This document shows positions 43,573-53,512 of a stretch of DNA of 64,000 bases, piece after piece. The stretch lies in contig JBMFRA010000006.1 of the NCBI GenBank assembly GCA_049968315.1, positions 647 through 64,646 on the forward strand, written 5' to 3'. Made by a program: the position numbers and the translations under genes. Within the stretch, counting starts at the first letter, position 1. Every line of letters begins with the position of its first letter. This stretch comes from Acidobacteriota bacterium. GTDB taxonomy: Bacteria > Acidobacteriota > UBA4820 > DSQY01. The notes under the pieces are model-generated. The model was not told the origin of the DNA. It ran no database searches and saw only the letters and a list, made by a program, of their open reading frames with translations.

Positions 43573-45204
43573 TCAGAGGCTCTTGCAGGCCCGGGCCACG
43601 GCCCGGATGGCCTGGCCGAAGGGCTTGGCCACGAAGGGGTCGTCGGCCAAGAAGCGGAGGGGCGTCCCCCGCCGTTCCAGCAGGCTCCGAAAGATCTCCA
43701 TGCTGAGCGCCCTCCGCATGGAGACGCCGGAGAGAAAGGCGGCGGTGCACAGGAGGGAAGGCTCCATCTCGAACTCCCGGGCGGCCTCCTCCAGTTCCTC
43801 CCGGTGCCCCAGGATGTACGAGAGCTTCATCTGGGCGTCGGCCAAGGGCAGGTCGCCGCAGGGGACCCCTCCGGCCTCCAGGAGGGTCAGCCCCGTCTCG
43901 TAGTCGGCGTCGTAGGGCTCCAGGGGAACCTGGGAGGTCACCGCCACGAACTTCCCGGCGGCGACGGCCTTCTTGAGGGCCGGCAGGACGGAGTGGGGGG
44001 AGCCTTTGAGGATGTTGGCGTTGCCCCCCCCGTACCCGCAGAGGATGGCCGCCGACCCGCAGGCCCCGAACTGGGCTTCGTAGTCCCCGGTGGTGAAGAA
44101 AGGGTTGGCGAAGACCGGCTTCACCGTGGTATCGAAGCGGGTGTCGGCGGTGGCGACGCCGATCTTCTCGATCTCCAGGGCCACCCTCTCCCAATGCTCG
44201 CAGGTGAGGTTGGAGGAGTCGAGGGAGAAGAGGTCGTGGCGGTGCGGGTTGACGAAGAAGCCGGAGAGGGGGTCGTTGAGGTACTTCCAGACGAAGTCCC
44301 CCGTGGGTTTGAGGGCACCGAAGGCCGACGCCGAGCGCTGGGACTCGATGGTTCCCCCCGTCCGGATGAGGTGGAGGTCCTGAAGGCGCTGGTCCTCGTA
44401 AGGGATGAAGACCCAGTCCTTCCGGGCGGAGGTGATGCCGTCGGGGGTGGCGCTGGCCGCCAGCCGCCCTTCGAAGGCGTCGGTGTCCCACTTGCGGTAC
44501 TTGGTGAGGCGCCCCGAGAAGACCCGCTGGCCGTTGTTGAAGACCGCGAAGAGGTGGGCGGGCCTCAGCCGGTTGAGGAGGTAGAGGGCCGTCTTGAGGT
44601 TTCCCAGGGCGTCGGAGCTGGAAAAGTACCCCTCCAGCGGAACCTGGGATCCGGTCACCGCCACGTTGGCCTTGAGCCCTTTGAGGGCGTACCGGAGGTA
44701 GCAGAGGCCCCAGGCCATGGTGTCGGTGCCGTGGGTGACGAGGATCCCCACGTCGTTCCGCACCCGCCCGTACTTCTCCATGCCCTTGGCGATCTTCCAT
44801 TCCAGCACGTCCAGGCGGTCGCCCCCGAGGATCTCCTCCTTGAAGAGGAAGGCCTCGGGGTCCACGTCCTCCACCTTGAGGTCCTCGGTGACCCGTTCGG
44901 AGACGAAGGCCTCTCTGAGGACCCGGGCGTCGTGGATGGCGGTGAGGACGACGACGGGGACCGTGGGGTACCGGCGGCGGATGTGGTAGAGGAGCTCGAT
45001 GCCCTCCCGCCCGCCGGGGGAGAGTTCCACGTCCAGGACCACGGCGTCGGGGGCCTCCCCGGCGAGGATCTCCACGGCGCCTTCGAAGGAGTCGGTGAAG
45101 AGGCACCGCCAGTCGGGGCGGTGCTTCTCGAAGTGGGCCCGGAGGACGGCCTCCATCCCGCCCAGGTCGTCGTCCACGAAGAGGATGGTGAAAGTTCGCG
45201 CCAT
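43573..45204 (-). CDS. Response-regulator receiver fused to an L-asparaginase-like domain
   Basis: REC is MARTFTILFVDDDLGGMEAVL...PDAVVLDVELSPGGREGIELL. Asparaginase motifs follow: VTHGTDTMAWG...VAVTGSQVP...SDALGNL, then LIRTGGTIESQ, then the C-domain (ILCGYGGGNANIL...FVAVTSQVPLEP...LPLADAQMKLSYILG). HGTDTM precedes TGGTI, which is the reverse of the canonical order. Confidence 0.8.
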   Translation of the reverse strand: MARTFTILFVDDDLGGMEAVLRAHFEKHRPDWRCLFTDSFEGAVEILAGEAPDAVVLDVELSPGGREGIELLYHIRRRYPTVPVVVLTAIHDARVLREAFVSERVTEDLKVEDVDPEAFLFKEEILGGDRLDVLEWKIAKGMEKYGRVRNDVGILVTHGTDTMAWGLCYLRYALKGLKANVAVTGSQVPLEGYFSSSDALGNLKTALYLLNRLRPAHLFAVFNNGQRVFSGRLTKYRKWDTDAFEGRLAASATPDGITSARKDWVFIPYEDQRLQDLHLIRTGGTIESQRSASAFGALKPTGDFVWKYLNDPLSGFFVNPHRHDLFSLDSSNLTCEHWERVALEIEKIGVATADTRFDTTVKPVFANPFFTTGDYEAQFGACGSAAILCGYGGGNANILKGSPHSVLPALKKAVAAGKFVAVTSQVPLEPYDADYETGLTLLEAGGVPCGDLPLADAQMKLSYILGHREELEEAAREFEMEPSLLCTAAFLSGVSMRRALSMEIFRSLLERRGTPLRFLADDPFVAKPFGQAIRAVARACKSL

Positions 45205-45389
45205 GGCCGCCCCTGGAGAGAGTGTACCACCGCCCGGGTGGAGGGAAAGAGGGGGGCGGCGGCAATCCCCTGCAAGGTGGAGGCCCCCTCGGCCCCGGGA
45301 TCCAGCCGGCCCCGCCGCCCTCCCCGGTCCCGCCGAAGCCCTCCCGTTCTCATGAAGGCGGGCCGTGGTATGCTAGGAAGGGAGGCGCC

Positions 45390-46109
45390 ATGGCCGCATC
45401 GGTCCGCCTGCTGCTGCTCAGCAATTCGACCAACCCCGGGGAACCGTACCTCGGCTGGTCCCTGCCCCACATCCAGAGGTTCCTCGCCGGCGCCGCCCGG
45501 CGGGTCCTCTTCGTGCCCTTCGCCGGTGTCCGGATCACCTGGGAGGACTACACCGCCAAGGTCCGGGGTGCCTTCGCCGGCATCGGTGTCGAGGTGGCCG
45601 CCACCCACGAGGTGGCGGACCCCGCGGCGGCCCTGGGGCGGGCGGAGGGGCTGGTGGTGGGCGGCGGCAACACCTTCCACCTCCTCCGGCTCCTGCGGGC
45701 CTCGGGCCTCCTGGAAGCCGCCAAGAAGGCCGTCGGGGAAGGCATGCCCTACGTGGGCTGGAGTGCCGGCGCCAACGTGGCCTGCCCCACCATCATGACC
45801 ACCAACGACATGCCCATCGTGGACCCCCTGGGTCTCGACGCCCTGGGCCTCGTCCCCTTCCAGATCAACCCGCACTTCACCGAGGCCGTTCTCCCGGGCC
45901 ACGGCGGCGAGTCCCGGGAGGAGCGGATCCTGGAGTTCCTGGAGGCCCACCCGGAGGCGGTGGTGGTGGGACTCCGGGAGGGGAGCCTCCTCCGCCGGGA
46001 GGGCGGCGAGCTGCGCCTGGAGGGAATCCGCGGTGCCCGCCTCTTCCGCCGGGGATCGGAGGCGGTGGACCTGGCGCCCGGTTCGGTCCTCTCGGGCCTC
46101 CTCGCCTGA
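45390..46109 (+). CDS. Peptidase S51 family (dipeptidase E / cyanophycinase-like)
   Basis: RLLLLSNSTNPGEPYLGW...GLVVGGGNTFHLLRLL...YVGWSAGANVACPTIMTTNDMPIVDP is the S51 Ser-His-Glu arrangement. ATG at 45390, with AGGAAGGGAGG upstream. Confidence 0.8.
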   Translation: MAASVRLLLLSNSTNPGEPYLGWSLPHIQRFLAGAARRVLFVPFAGVRITWEDYTAKVRGAFAGIGVEVAATHEVADPAAALGRAEGLVVGGGNTFHLLRLLRASGLLEAAKKAVGEGMPYVGWSAGANVACPTIMTTNDMPIVDPLGLDALGLVPFQINPHFTEAVLPGHGGESREERILEFLEAHPEAVVVGLREGSLLRREGGELRLEGIRGARLFRRGSEAVDLAPGSVLSGLLA

Positions 46110-46112
46110 GCG

Positions 46113-46883
46113 ATGTGTCTCCTGCTCCTCGCCCATCGCCCCCGGCCGGACCTCACCCTGGTCCTGGCGGCCAACCGGGACGAATTCTACGACCGGCCTT
46201 CGGCCCCCTCGGCCTGGTGGGAAGACTCCCCAGGCATCCTGGCGGGAAGGGACCTCCGCCAGGGAGGCACCTGGCTGGGGGTCTCCCGGCGGGGGCGCCT
46301 CGCCGCCCTCACCAACATCCGGGAGCCCTCCCGCCACGACCCCGCCGCGCCCTCCCGGGGACTCCTGGTGAAGGAATTCCTCCGGTCCCCCCTGGACGCC
46401 GGCGCCTTCCTTCGGAAGCTGGACGGATCGCCCTACAACGGCTTCAACCTGTTGGCCTTCGATGGGGAGAACCTGGCGGTGGCCTCCAACCGGGCCGAAG
46501 GGGTGCGCCTGTTGGAACCGGGCCTCCACGGCTTCAGCAACGGCCTTCTGGACTCACCCCGGTGGCCCAAGGTGCGGAGGGGGATGGCGGCACTGGGGCG
46601 CCTCCTGGAAGCGGCGGACGGCAACCTGGAGGAGGGGCTCCTCGCCGTGCTGGCCGACGGCACGCCGGCTCCCGACGGGGAGCTGCCCCGGACCGGCATC
46701 GGGCTGGAGGCGGAGCGGGCCCTCAGCCCCATCTTCACGAGGACCGAAGTTTACGGTACCCGGGCCTCCACCGTGGTCATCCTCCGTGCCGACGGAGGGG
46801 TCTCGTGGGTGGAGCGCGCCTACGGCCCTTCGGGGCGGCCGGGGCCGGAAGTGCGGGTTTGCTTTCGAAGGGAGGTCCCTTGA
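46113..46883 (+). CDS. NRDE-family protein (DUF833 / TANGO2-like)
   Basis: MCLLLLAHRPRPDLTLVLAANRDEFYDRPSAPSAWW is the family-defining N-terminus including the NRDE motif. Confidence 0.8.
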   Translation: MCLLLLAHRPRPDLTLVLAANRDEFYDRPSAPSAWWEDSPGILAGRDLRQGGTWLGVSRRGRLAALTNIREPSRHDPAAPSRGLLVKEFLRSPLDAGAFLRKLDGSPYNGFNLLAFDGENLAVASNRAEGVRLLEPGLHGFSNGLLDSPRWPKVRRGMAALGRLLEAADGNLEEGLLAVLADGTPAPDGELPRTGIGLEAERALSPIFTRTEVYGTRASTVVILRADGGVSWVERAYGPSGRPGPEVRVCFRREVP

Positions 46884-47500
46884 GTACCGGTCACGAAGCA
46901 ACGGTTTCCCCCGAGGCGGTCCGGCGGGACGGGGAGGCCCTTCCCCTGGCCCGCTGGGAGGGGCCCGTGGTGGTGGTCGCCGAGCCGTCCCGCGTGGGAG
47001 AGGCCCTGCGGCTCCTCCGGGGGGAGGCGGTCCTGGGCTTCGACACGGAGACCCGTCCCTCCTTCCGCCGGGGGGAGGTCTACCCCCCGGCCCTGGTCCA
47101 GCTGGCGGGCCGGGAGGTGGTGGTCCTCTTCCAATTGGGGCGGGTGGGACTGCCCGACGGCCTCAAGGCCCTCCTCTCCGACCCCGCCGTGGTCAAGGCG
47201 GGCGTGGCGGTGGGCCGGGACGTCAAGGAGCTGGTGGAGTTCTCCCCCTTCGAGCCCCAGGGCTTCGTGGAACTGGGGGAGATGGCGGAGGCGGCGGGGC
47301 TCAAGGCCCGGGGGCTGCGGGGCCTGGCGGAGGAGGTGCTGGGCCTCAAGGTGGCCAAGGGCCAGCGCACCACCAACTGGGCGAGACACGACCTCAGCCC
47401 GGCCCAGGTGGCCTACGCCGCCACCGACGCCTTTCTGGGGCGGGCCCTCTACCTCGAACTCCGGGACCGCCTGTCGCGCCGGGCGCTTCCCGAGGCATAA
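46880..47500 (+). CDS. 3'-5' exonuclease domain protein (RNase D/DnaQ-like fold)
   Basis: Exo I-III motifs (VLGFDTETRPSF..., ...VVKAGVAVGRDVKEL..., ...YAATDAFL). The TTG start overlaps the upstream stop (TTGA) and GAAGGGAGG lies upstream. Confidence 0.7.
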   Translation: MSTGHEATVSPEAVRRDGEALPLARWEGPVVVVAEPSRVGEALRLLRGEAVLGFDTETRPSFRRGEVYPPALVQLAGREVVVLFQLGRVGLPDGLKALLSDPAVVKAGVAVGRDVKELVEFSPFEPQGFVELGEMAEAAGLKARGLRGLAEEVLGLKVAKGQRTTNWARHDLSPAQVAYAATDAFLGRALYLELRDRLSRRALPEA

Positions 47501-47537
47501 TGAGGCGGGGGCGAGAAGGGGAAGGAGGGCCCCGGGC

Positions 47538-48971
47538 ATGGGAAAGGGGCTTCTGAGGACCAAGCCGCTGGATCGGCTCAAGGCGGAAACGGAGACCGAG
47601 GGAAAGCGCCTGAAGAGGGTCCTCGGCCCCCTGGAGCTGACGGCCATCGGCATCGGGTGCATCATCGGGGTGGGGATCTTCGTCCTGCCCGGCGTGGAGG
47701 CGGCCCGCCACTCCGGTCCCGGCATCGTCCTTTCCTTCGCCATCGCCGCCATGGCCTGCGCCTGCTCGGCCCTCTGCTACGCCGAGCTGGCGGCCATGAT
47801 CCCCGTCTCGGGCAGCGCCTACACCTACGGCTACGCCTGCCTGGGGGAGATCCTGGCCTGGATCATCGGTTGGGACCTCATCCTGGAGTATATGGTGGGG
47901 GCGAGCCTCGTGGCCATCGGGTGGTCGGCCTACCTCCAGAACCTCCTCAAGGGGATGGGGCTCACCCTGCCCGCCTACCTGGCCTCGGCCCCGGCCTGGA
48001 GCCACCTCGCCCAGCCGGAACAGGGGACCTTCGCGCTGGGGGTAGACCTCCCCGCGGCCCTCGTCGTCCTGGCCATCTCCTACCTTCTCTACCGGGGCAT
48101 CCAGGAGAGCAGCCGGGTGAACTTCGCGGTGGTGGTGGTGAAGATCGCCGTCATCCTGGTCTTCATCGCCCTGGCGGTGTGGCACGTCAAGCCTGCGCTG
48201 TGGCACCCCTTCCTGCCCTTCGGCTTCAAGGGCGTCATGACCTCGGCGGCCATCGTCTTCCTGGCCTACATCGGCTTCGACGCCGTCAGCACCACCGCCG
48301 AGGAAGCCCGGAACCCCCAGCGGGACATGCCCATCGGCATCCTGGCCTCCCTCGTCATCGCCACCGTCCTCTACATGGCGGTGTCGGCCATCATGACGGG
48401 GGTGGTCCCCTACACCCAGCTCGGCGTGGCCGACCCGGTGGCCCTCGTCCTCGATACGCTGAAGATGCCCTGGGCCAGCGCCCTGGTGAGCGTGGGGGCC
48501 CTGGCGGGGATCACCAGCGTGCTGCTGGTGCTCCTCATGGGCCAGCCGCGGATCCTCTTCGCCATGTCCCGGGACGGGCTTCTTCCCCGCGCTGTCTCCG
48601 CGGTCCACCCCCGCTTCCAGACCCCCTACCGGGCCACGTGGCTCACGGGCCTCGTGGTGGCGCTGAGCGCGGCCCTGACCCCCATCTCGGTGGTGGCGGA
48701 GCTCTGCTCCATCGGGACCCTCTTCGCCTTCGTCATCGTCTGCGGGGGGGTCTTGGTCCTCAGGAGGACGCGGCCCGACGAACCCCGGCCCTTCCGCGCC
48801 CCGTTGACGCCGCTGTTGCCCGTCGCCGGCATCGCCCTCTGCCTCTACCTCATGGCGAGCCTGCCCCTAGTGACGTGGCTCCGCTTTCTCGTCTGGCTCT
48901 GCCTGGGCCTCCTGGTCTACGGTTTCTTCGGGTACCGGAACAGCGCCCTCAACGGCGGCGCCCCGGCCTGA
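47538..48971 (+). CDS. APC-superfamily amino acid permease
   Basis: Twelve or more TM helices, with ELAAMIPVSGSAYTYGYA and the FIGFDAVSTTAEEARNPQRDMP signature of the amino acid/polyamine/organocation family. Confidence 0.9.
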   Translation: MGKGLLRTKPLDRLKAETETEGKRLKRVLGPLELTAIGIGCIIGVGIFVLPGVEAARHSGPGIVLSFAIAAMACACSALCYAELAAMIPVSGSAYTYGYACLGEILAWIIGWDLILEYMVGASLVAIGWSAYLQNLLKGMGLTLPAYLASAPAWSHLAQPEQGTFALGVDLPAALVVLAISYLLYRGIQESSRVNFAVVVVKIAVILVFIALAVWHVKPALWHPFLPFGFKGVMTSAAIVFLAYIGFDAVSTTAEEARNPQRDMPIGILASLVIATVLYMAVSAIMTGVVPYTQLGVADPVALVLDTLKMPWASALVSVGALAGITSVLLVLLMGQPRILFAMSRDGLLPRAVSAVHPRFQTPYRATWLTGLVVALSAALTPISVVAELCSIGTLFAFVIVCGGVLVLRRTRPDEPRPFRAPLTPLLPVAGIALCLYLMASLPLVTWLRFLVWLCLGLLVYGFFGYRNSALNGGAPA

Positions 48972-48979
48972 GGGCCGGG
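48962..48979. terminator. Possible bidirectional stem-loop at a convergent gene junction
   Basis: CCCGGCC-TGAG-GGCCGGG (7-bp stem, 4-nt loop) overlaps the permease stop codon, between the convergent permease and cytochrome c genes. There is no U-tract. Confidence 0.25.
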
Positions 48980-49031
48980 CCGGACGGGAAGGTCCCCAAC
49001 CGCAGGGCCTCCGGTGCCACGCCGGGAGGCT

Positions 49032-49457
49032 TCAGGGAGCGGCGTTGCGGGCGTTGAGGTAGTCGGCCACCGCCTCGATCTGCCGGTTGGAGAGGCGTCC
49101 CTCGAAGGCCGGCATGGTGAGCCCCCGCCCCCGGTGCACGATCCTGATCAGCAGGTCCCGGTGGTCCTCGTAGGGCCAGTTCTTCCGGAGGAGGGCCGGA
49201 ACCGTCCCCGACCCCTTAAGGTCGGCCCCGTGGCAGACGGCGCAGTTCTCGGCGTAGAGGACGGCACCGTCCAGGGAACCGGCGGGGGCGGGAGCCTTGG
49301 AGGACGCCGGTGGGGAGGAGGGTACCGGGGCGGCGGTCTCCCGTCCGGCGAGGGCGGTCCTCCAGAAGAGCAGGGTGAGGGCGGCGGGCAGGACGACGGC
49401 GGCGGCCACGGCTAGCCCGCGAAAGACGGAAGCTCTCGGGTGGGCGGTCTCGGTCAT
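49032..49457 (-). CDS. Membrane-anchored c-type cytochrome (class I)
   Basis: Start trimmed to MTETAHPRASVFRGLAVAAAVVLPAALTLLFW, a TM anchor. There is a single CxxCH heme site (ENCAVCHGADLKG) and a downstream Met ligand (GLTMPAF). The upstream part of the listed ORF is unsupported. Confidence 0.75.
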   Translation of the reverse strand: MTETAHPRASVFRGLAVAAAVVLPAALTLLFWRTALAGRETAAPVPSSPPASSKAPAPAGSLDGAVLYAENCAVCHGADLKGSGTVPALLRKNWPYEDHRDLLIRIVHRGRGLTMPAFEGRLSNRQIEAVADYLNARNAAP

Positions 49458-49584
49458 TCCATCCTCCAGGGCCGATGATAACACCGGCGGATTCCTCCGC
49501 TTCCCACCGGCCCTTCTCAGAGGCCCCCCAGGAAGGGTATTCTGGCCGGGGGGCCAGTCCCCGGGGGTTTTCGAGGAGGCATCC

Positions 49585-51411
49585 ATGGGCAAGATCGTCG
49601 AGTGCGTCCCCAACTTCTCCGAAGGCCGGGACGGAGCCGTCATCAAGCAGATCACCGACGCCATCCAGAGCGTCGAGGGCGTCGAGCTGAAGAACGTGGA
49701 CCCCGGCCCCGACATGAACCGCGTAGTGGTGACCTTCTTCGGACCGCCGGAGGCCGTGGAGGAGGCCGCCTTCCGGGCCATCGCCACCGCGGCGGAGGTC
49801 ATCGACATGCGTGCCCACCGCGGCAGCCACCCCCGGATGGGCGCCACCGACGTCTGCCCCTTCGTCCCGGTCCACGACGTGACCATGGAGGAGTGCGTCG
49901 CCATGGCCCGCCGCTTGGGGGAGCGGGTGGGTAAGGAACTCCGGATTCCCGTGTACCTGTACGAGTACGCCGCCACGCGGCCCGAGCGAAGGAACCTCGC
50001 CGAGATCCGGCGCGGGGAGTACGAGGGGCTTCCCAAGAAGCTCAAAGACCCCGCCTGGGCCCCCGACTTCGGCCCCGCCGTCTTCAACCCCAAGTCCGGC
50101 GCCACGGTCATCGGCGCCCGGGACTTCCTCATCGCCTACAACATCAACCTCAACTCCCGCGTCAAGGACCACGCCACCGACATCGCCTTCGAACTGCGGG
50201 AGAAGGGCCGCTCCGTCCGTACGGGAAACACCGAACCTTTCTACTACATGGGCAAGATCTTGAAGCACGAGCCGGGAAAGTACCCCTGCGGCACCTGCCT
50301 CGAGGTCTTCCCCGACCCGGCGGCCCTCTTCTCCCACATCGAGGCCGCCCACGGCTACGACGGGCGGGCCCTCTACCGGCTGAACGACATCGACCCCGAC
50401 CGCCTCGACGGCCAGTCGGTGAAGAAGCCGGGCCTCTTTCGCGCCTGCAAGGCCATCGGCTGGGAGCTCCCCCAGCACGGCCGCACGCAGATTTCCATCA
50501 ACCTGACCAACTTCCGCCTGACCCCTCCCCACATCGTCCTGGAAAAGGCCCGGGAGCTGGCGGCCCTGCGGGGGCTCGTGGTCACCGGATCGGAGATCGT
50601 GGGCCTCGTTCCGCTGGAGGCCCTCGCCGAGGCCGGCCGGTTCTACCTCTCCCGCCAGGGGCGCTCCACCGGCGTCCCCCTGGACGACCTGTTGGAGACG
50701 GCGATCCAGAGCATGGGGCTGAGGGACCTGGGCCCCTTCGACGTGAAGGAGCGGGCCATCGGCTACCCCAAGGTCCCCCCGGAGGAGCTCATCGCCAAGA
50801 CCACCTTCGAGTTCGTCCACGAGGTCTCCCGGGATTCCCCCGCCCCCGGCGGCGGTTCCGTGGCGGCCCTCTCGGGGGCCCTCGGCGCCGCCCTGGCCTC
50901 CATGGTGGCCAACCTCACCGTCGGAAAGGCCGGCTACGAAGAGGCCTTCGCCGAGATGGGGGCGGTGGCGGTGGAGGCGCAGAAGACCAAGGACGCGCTG
51001 CTGCTCCAGGTGGACGCCGACACCCGGGCCTTCAACGGGTACATGGAAGCCCTCCGCCTCCCGCGAAACACCGACGCCGAGAAGGCGGCACGCCAGCAGG
51101 CCATGCAGGACGGGCTGAAGGAGGCGGTGGCCGTGCCCCTCCTCACGGCGGAGCTTTGCCTCCGGGCCCTGGGCCTCTGCCAGCGGGCCGCCGCCGTGGG
51201 GAACCGGAACTCCGTCTCCGACGCGGGGGTCGGCGCCCACATGGCCTTCGCCGGAGTCCTGGGGGCCTGCCTCAACGTCCGCATCAACCTTCCGGGCATC
51301 AAGGACGAGGCGTACACCGCCGAGAAGCGCTCCGCCGTCCAGTCGCTGGAGGCCGAGGCCCGCCGCCTTCTCGAGGCCTGCACCGCGGAGGTCCTCGGCA
51401 GGATCCGCTAG
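49585..51411 (+). CDS. ftcD: Bifunctional glutamate formimidoyltransferase / formiminotetrahydrofolate cyclodeaminase
   Basis: MGKIVECVPNFSEGRD...DMRAHRGSHPRMGATDVCPFVP is a formiminotransferase. The C-terminal ~190 aa form a cyclodeaminase helical domain (GSVAALSGALGAALASMVANLTVGK...). ATG at 49585 after GAGGAGG. Confidence 0.85.
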   Translation: MGKIVECVPNFSEGRDGAVIKQITDAIQSVEGVELKNVDPGPDMNRVVVTFFGPPEAVEEAAFRAIATAAEVIDMRAHRGSHPRMGATDVCPFVPVHDVTMEECVAMARRLGERVGKELRIPVYLYEYAATRPERRNLAEIRRGEYEGLPKKLKDPAWAPDFGPAVFNPKSGATVIGARDFLIAYNINLNSRVKDHATDIAFELREKGRSVRTGNTEPFYYMGKILKHEPGKYPCGTCLEVFPDPAALFSHIEAAHGYDGRALYRLNDIDPDRLDGQSVKKPGLFRACKAIGWELPQHGRTQISINLTNFRLTPPHIVLEKARELAALRGLVVTGSEIVGLVPLEALAEAGRFYLSRQGRSTGVPLDDLLETAIQSMGLRDLGPFDVKERAIGYPKVPPEELIAKTTFEFVHEVSRDSPAPGGGSVAALSGALGAALASMVANLTVGKAGYEEAFAEMGAVAVEAQKTKDALLLQVDADTRAFNGYMEALRLPRNTDAEKAARQQAMQDGLKEAVAVPLLTAELCLRALGLCQRAAAVGNRNSVSDAGVGAHMAFAGVLGACLNVRINLPGIKDEAYTAEKRSAVQSLEAEARRLLEACTAEVLGRIR

Positions 51412-51517
51412 GGAAGGGGCGGATGCGGGGAGACCGCGCCGGGCCACCCGGCCCGGCTCCCCCCTTCGCCCCCCTCCCCGGCTTCCCTTTCCCCTTCCCT
51501 TGCGCTAGCCTACGGCC

Positions 51518-52303
51518 ATGGCGCCGCTGCCCCTCACGTCGCTCCAGAACCCCCTCTGCAAGAGGGTGCGGAAGGCCGCCGAGGGCAAGGACCGGGAGGC
51601 CTTCCTGCTGGAAGGGCGCCACCTCCTCACCGAAGCCCTGGCCGCCGAATGGCCCCTCCTCGCCGTCCTCGTCCGCTTGGACCGGTGGCCCGAATGGTCC
51701 GCCCGCCTCCTATCGCTGGAGGGCGAGGGAAGGGTCTTCGCCGTCCCCGAAAGGCTGGTGGCGAAGCTGGCCACCCAGCCGGCCAGCGAGGGGCTGCTGG
51801 CCCTGGCGGCCCGGAAGGGCTCGCCCTTGCCGGACCTCCCCTCCCCCCGGGGGTACCTCTACCTCGACGCCGTCCAGGACCCGGTGAACGTGGGCATCCT
51901 GGTACGCTCGGCCCGGGCCTTCGGCCTGGCCGGTGTCTTCGCCGGCCAGGGGACGGCCGACCCCTTCCGGGGCCAGGCTCTCCACCGGAGCGCCGGCGCC
52001 GCCTTCCAGATCCCCGTCTGGCCCATGAAGGCGCAGGAGTTCCTGGCCTGGTCCGGCCAGAAGGGGGTCGCCCTCCTCGCCGCCAACGCCCGGGGCGAAC
52101 CGCTGCCCAATGCCGCCCGCCCCCAGGGGTCCTTCGCCCTCGTCCTGGGCAACGAGGGCCGCGGCCTCTCCCCCGAACTCCTGGAGCGGTGCGTGCGGCG
52201 GGTGGCCATCCCCATGGTCGCCGGGTGGGACTCGCTCAACGTCGCCGTGGCCGGTTCCATCCTCATGGCCCACTTCTCGGGGCTCCGCTTCCCGGCACTG
52301 TGA
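51518..52303 (+). CDS. SpoU/TrmH-family RNA 2'-O-methyltransferase
   Basis: SPOUT motifs YLYLDAVQDPVNVGILVRSARAFGL, FALVLGNEGRGLSPEL and IPMVAGWDSLNVAVAGSILM. Confidence 0.85.
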   Translation: MAPLPLTSLQNPLCKRVRKAAEGKDREAFLLEGRHLLTEALAAEWPLLAVLVRLDRWPEWSARLLSLEGEGRVFAVPERLVAKLATQPASEGLLALAARKGSPLPDLPSPRGYLYLDAVQDPVNVGILVRSARAFGLAGVFAGQGTADPFRGQALHRSAGAAFQIPVWPMKAQEFLAWSGQKGVALLAANARGEPLPNAARPQGSFALVLGNEGRGLSPELLERCVRRVAIPMVAGWDSLNVAVAGSILMAHFSGLRFPAL

Positions 52304-52366
52304 TCCCCGTCACACCTTCCGGGCCTAATAGGTGGTATACTCTCTCCGATTGCTGGAGGACGATCC

Positions 52367-53512
52367 ATGAAGAAAATTCTGGTGTGGGCCCTCGCCGCGG
52401 CGCTGGCGGTGGGTATGGCGTGCAAGAAGGAATCGAAGGAGGTCTCCAACCAGCTGGCGACGGCCCAGAAGATCGCCAAGCTGGAACAGGACATCGACGC
52501 CAAGCAGGAGAAGGTCAACCAGCTCCTCAGGCAGTACGTCCAGGAGGGCGGGCAGGACATCGGCGGCGTGGTGGGCCAGACCCTCACCCCCGAGCAGAAG
52601 GCCCTCCTGGAGCAGAAGCTCCGGGATGAAAAGGGCATCGGCTACCGGGACCTCATCAACGACATCCTCGCCCGCCAGAAGGAGGTGGAGGACCTGAAGG
52701 TGCAGGTGCAGGAGCTGGAGAAGAAGCTCCCCGCCGCCGTCGTGGTCCAGCGGGGAGACCGCCACTACGACCTGGCCATGAAGTTCCTGACCCAGGAGAA
52801 GGGCCTCAGCCCCGCCGCCGCCAAGAAACTAGTGGAACAGGTCAACCTCATGGACGAGCTGGTGCCGGGCTTCAAGGTCTGGAACTTTTACGACAACGGC
52901 GTCTTCGGCACCTTCGTCACCCAGGGGGAGGCCTCCGTCAGCCCCTACCGGGTGATCCAGCGGGCGAAGCAGGAGTTGGTCTCCGCCCGGGACACCGCCA
53001 TTTCCCAGCGGGACGCCCTGGCCAAGGAGAAGACCACCCTCCTCGAACAGGTCTCCGAGCTGGAGAAGAAGCGCGACCAGCTGAACCAGGACGTGGCCAT
53101 GCTGCAGGCGGAGCGGGCGGACCTCCTCCGCAAGATGCAGGAGCTCAACGACCTCTCGGAGGACTTGAAGGCCCGCCTCAACTCCGTCTTCTACCGGGTG
53201 GGGGAGCGGAAGGCCCTCGTGGCCCAGGGGGTCATCCACGACGGGCTCTTCACCAAGGCCCGGATCACCAAGTTCGACGAGGCCTCCTTCCCCAACCACC
53301 TGGACCTGCGTTCCGGCGACACCATCAAGTTCACCGCCGAGGAGGCGGGGGTGCCGCTCATCAAGAGCGTCAAGCTGGCCCCCGAGGCCTCCTTCAAGGC
53401 CGGGGTGGACTACATGGCCGCCGTCCTCTCCGACGGGAAGGAAGCCCAGGTAAAGCTCCTCAACCCCGACAAGTTCAAGGCCGAGCGGTCCATGGTCGTC
53501 GTCGTGAACTAA
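52367..53512 (+). CDS. Coiled-coil lipoprotein, possible LysM-like segment
   Basis: Lipobox MKKILVWALAAALAVGMAC and long heptad coiled coils. VVVQRGDRHYDLAMKFL...G resembles a LysM core. No enzymatic motif. Confidence 0.65.
   Translation: MKKILVWALAAALAVGMACKKESKEVSNQLATAQKIAKLEQDIDAKQEKVNQLLRQYVQEGGQDIGGVVGQTLTPEQKALLEQKLRDEKGIGYRDLINDILARQKEVEDLKVQVQELEKKLPAAVVVQRGDRHYDLAMKFLTQEKGLSPAAAKKLVEQVNLMDELVPGFKVWNFYDNGVFGTFVTQGEASVSPYRVIQRAKQELVSARDTAISQRDALAKEKTTLLEQVSELEKKRDQLNQDVAMLQAERADLLRKMQELNDLSEDLKARLNSVFYRVGERKALVAQGVIHDGLFTKARITKFDEASFPNHLDLRSGDTIKFTAEEAGVPLIKSVKLAPEASFKAGVDYMAAVLSDGKEAQVKLLNPDKFKAERSMVVVVN

Noticed and set aside
48181-48200. TGGCAC hexamers elsewhere as additional sigma-54 promoters (e.g. 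inside the permease gene at ~48181, and TGGCAA at ~11836)
   Set aside because: They lack a TTGC element at the required 10-nt GG-to-GC spacing and/or lie inside coding sequence.
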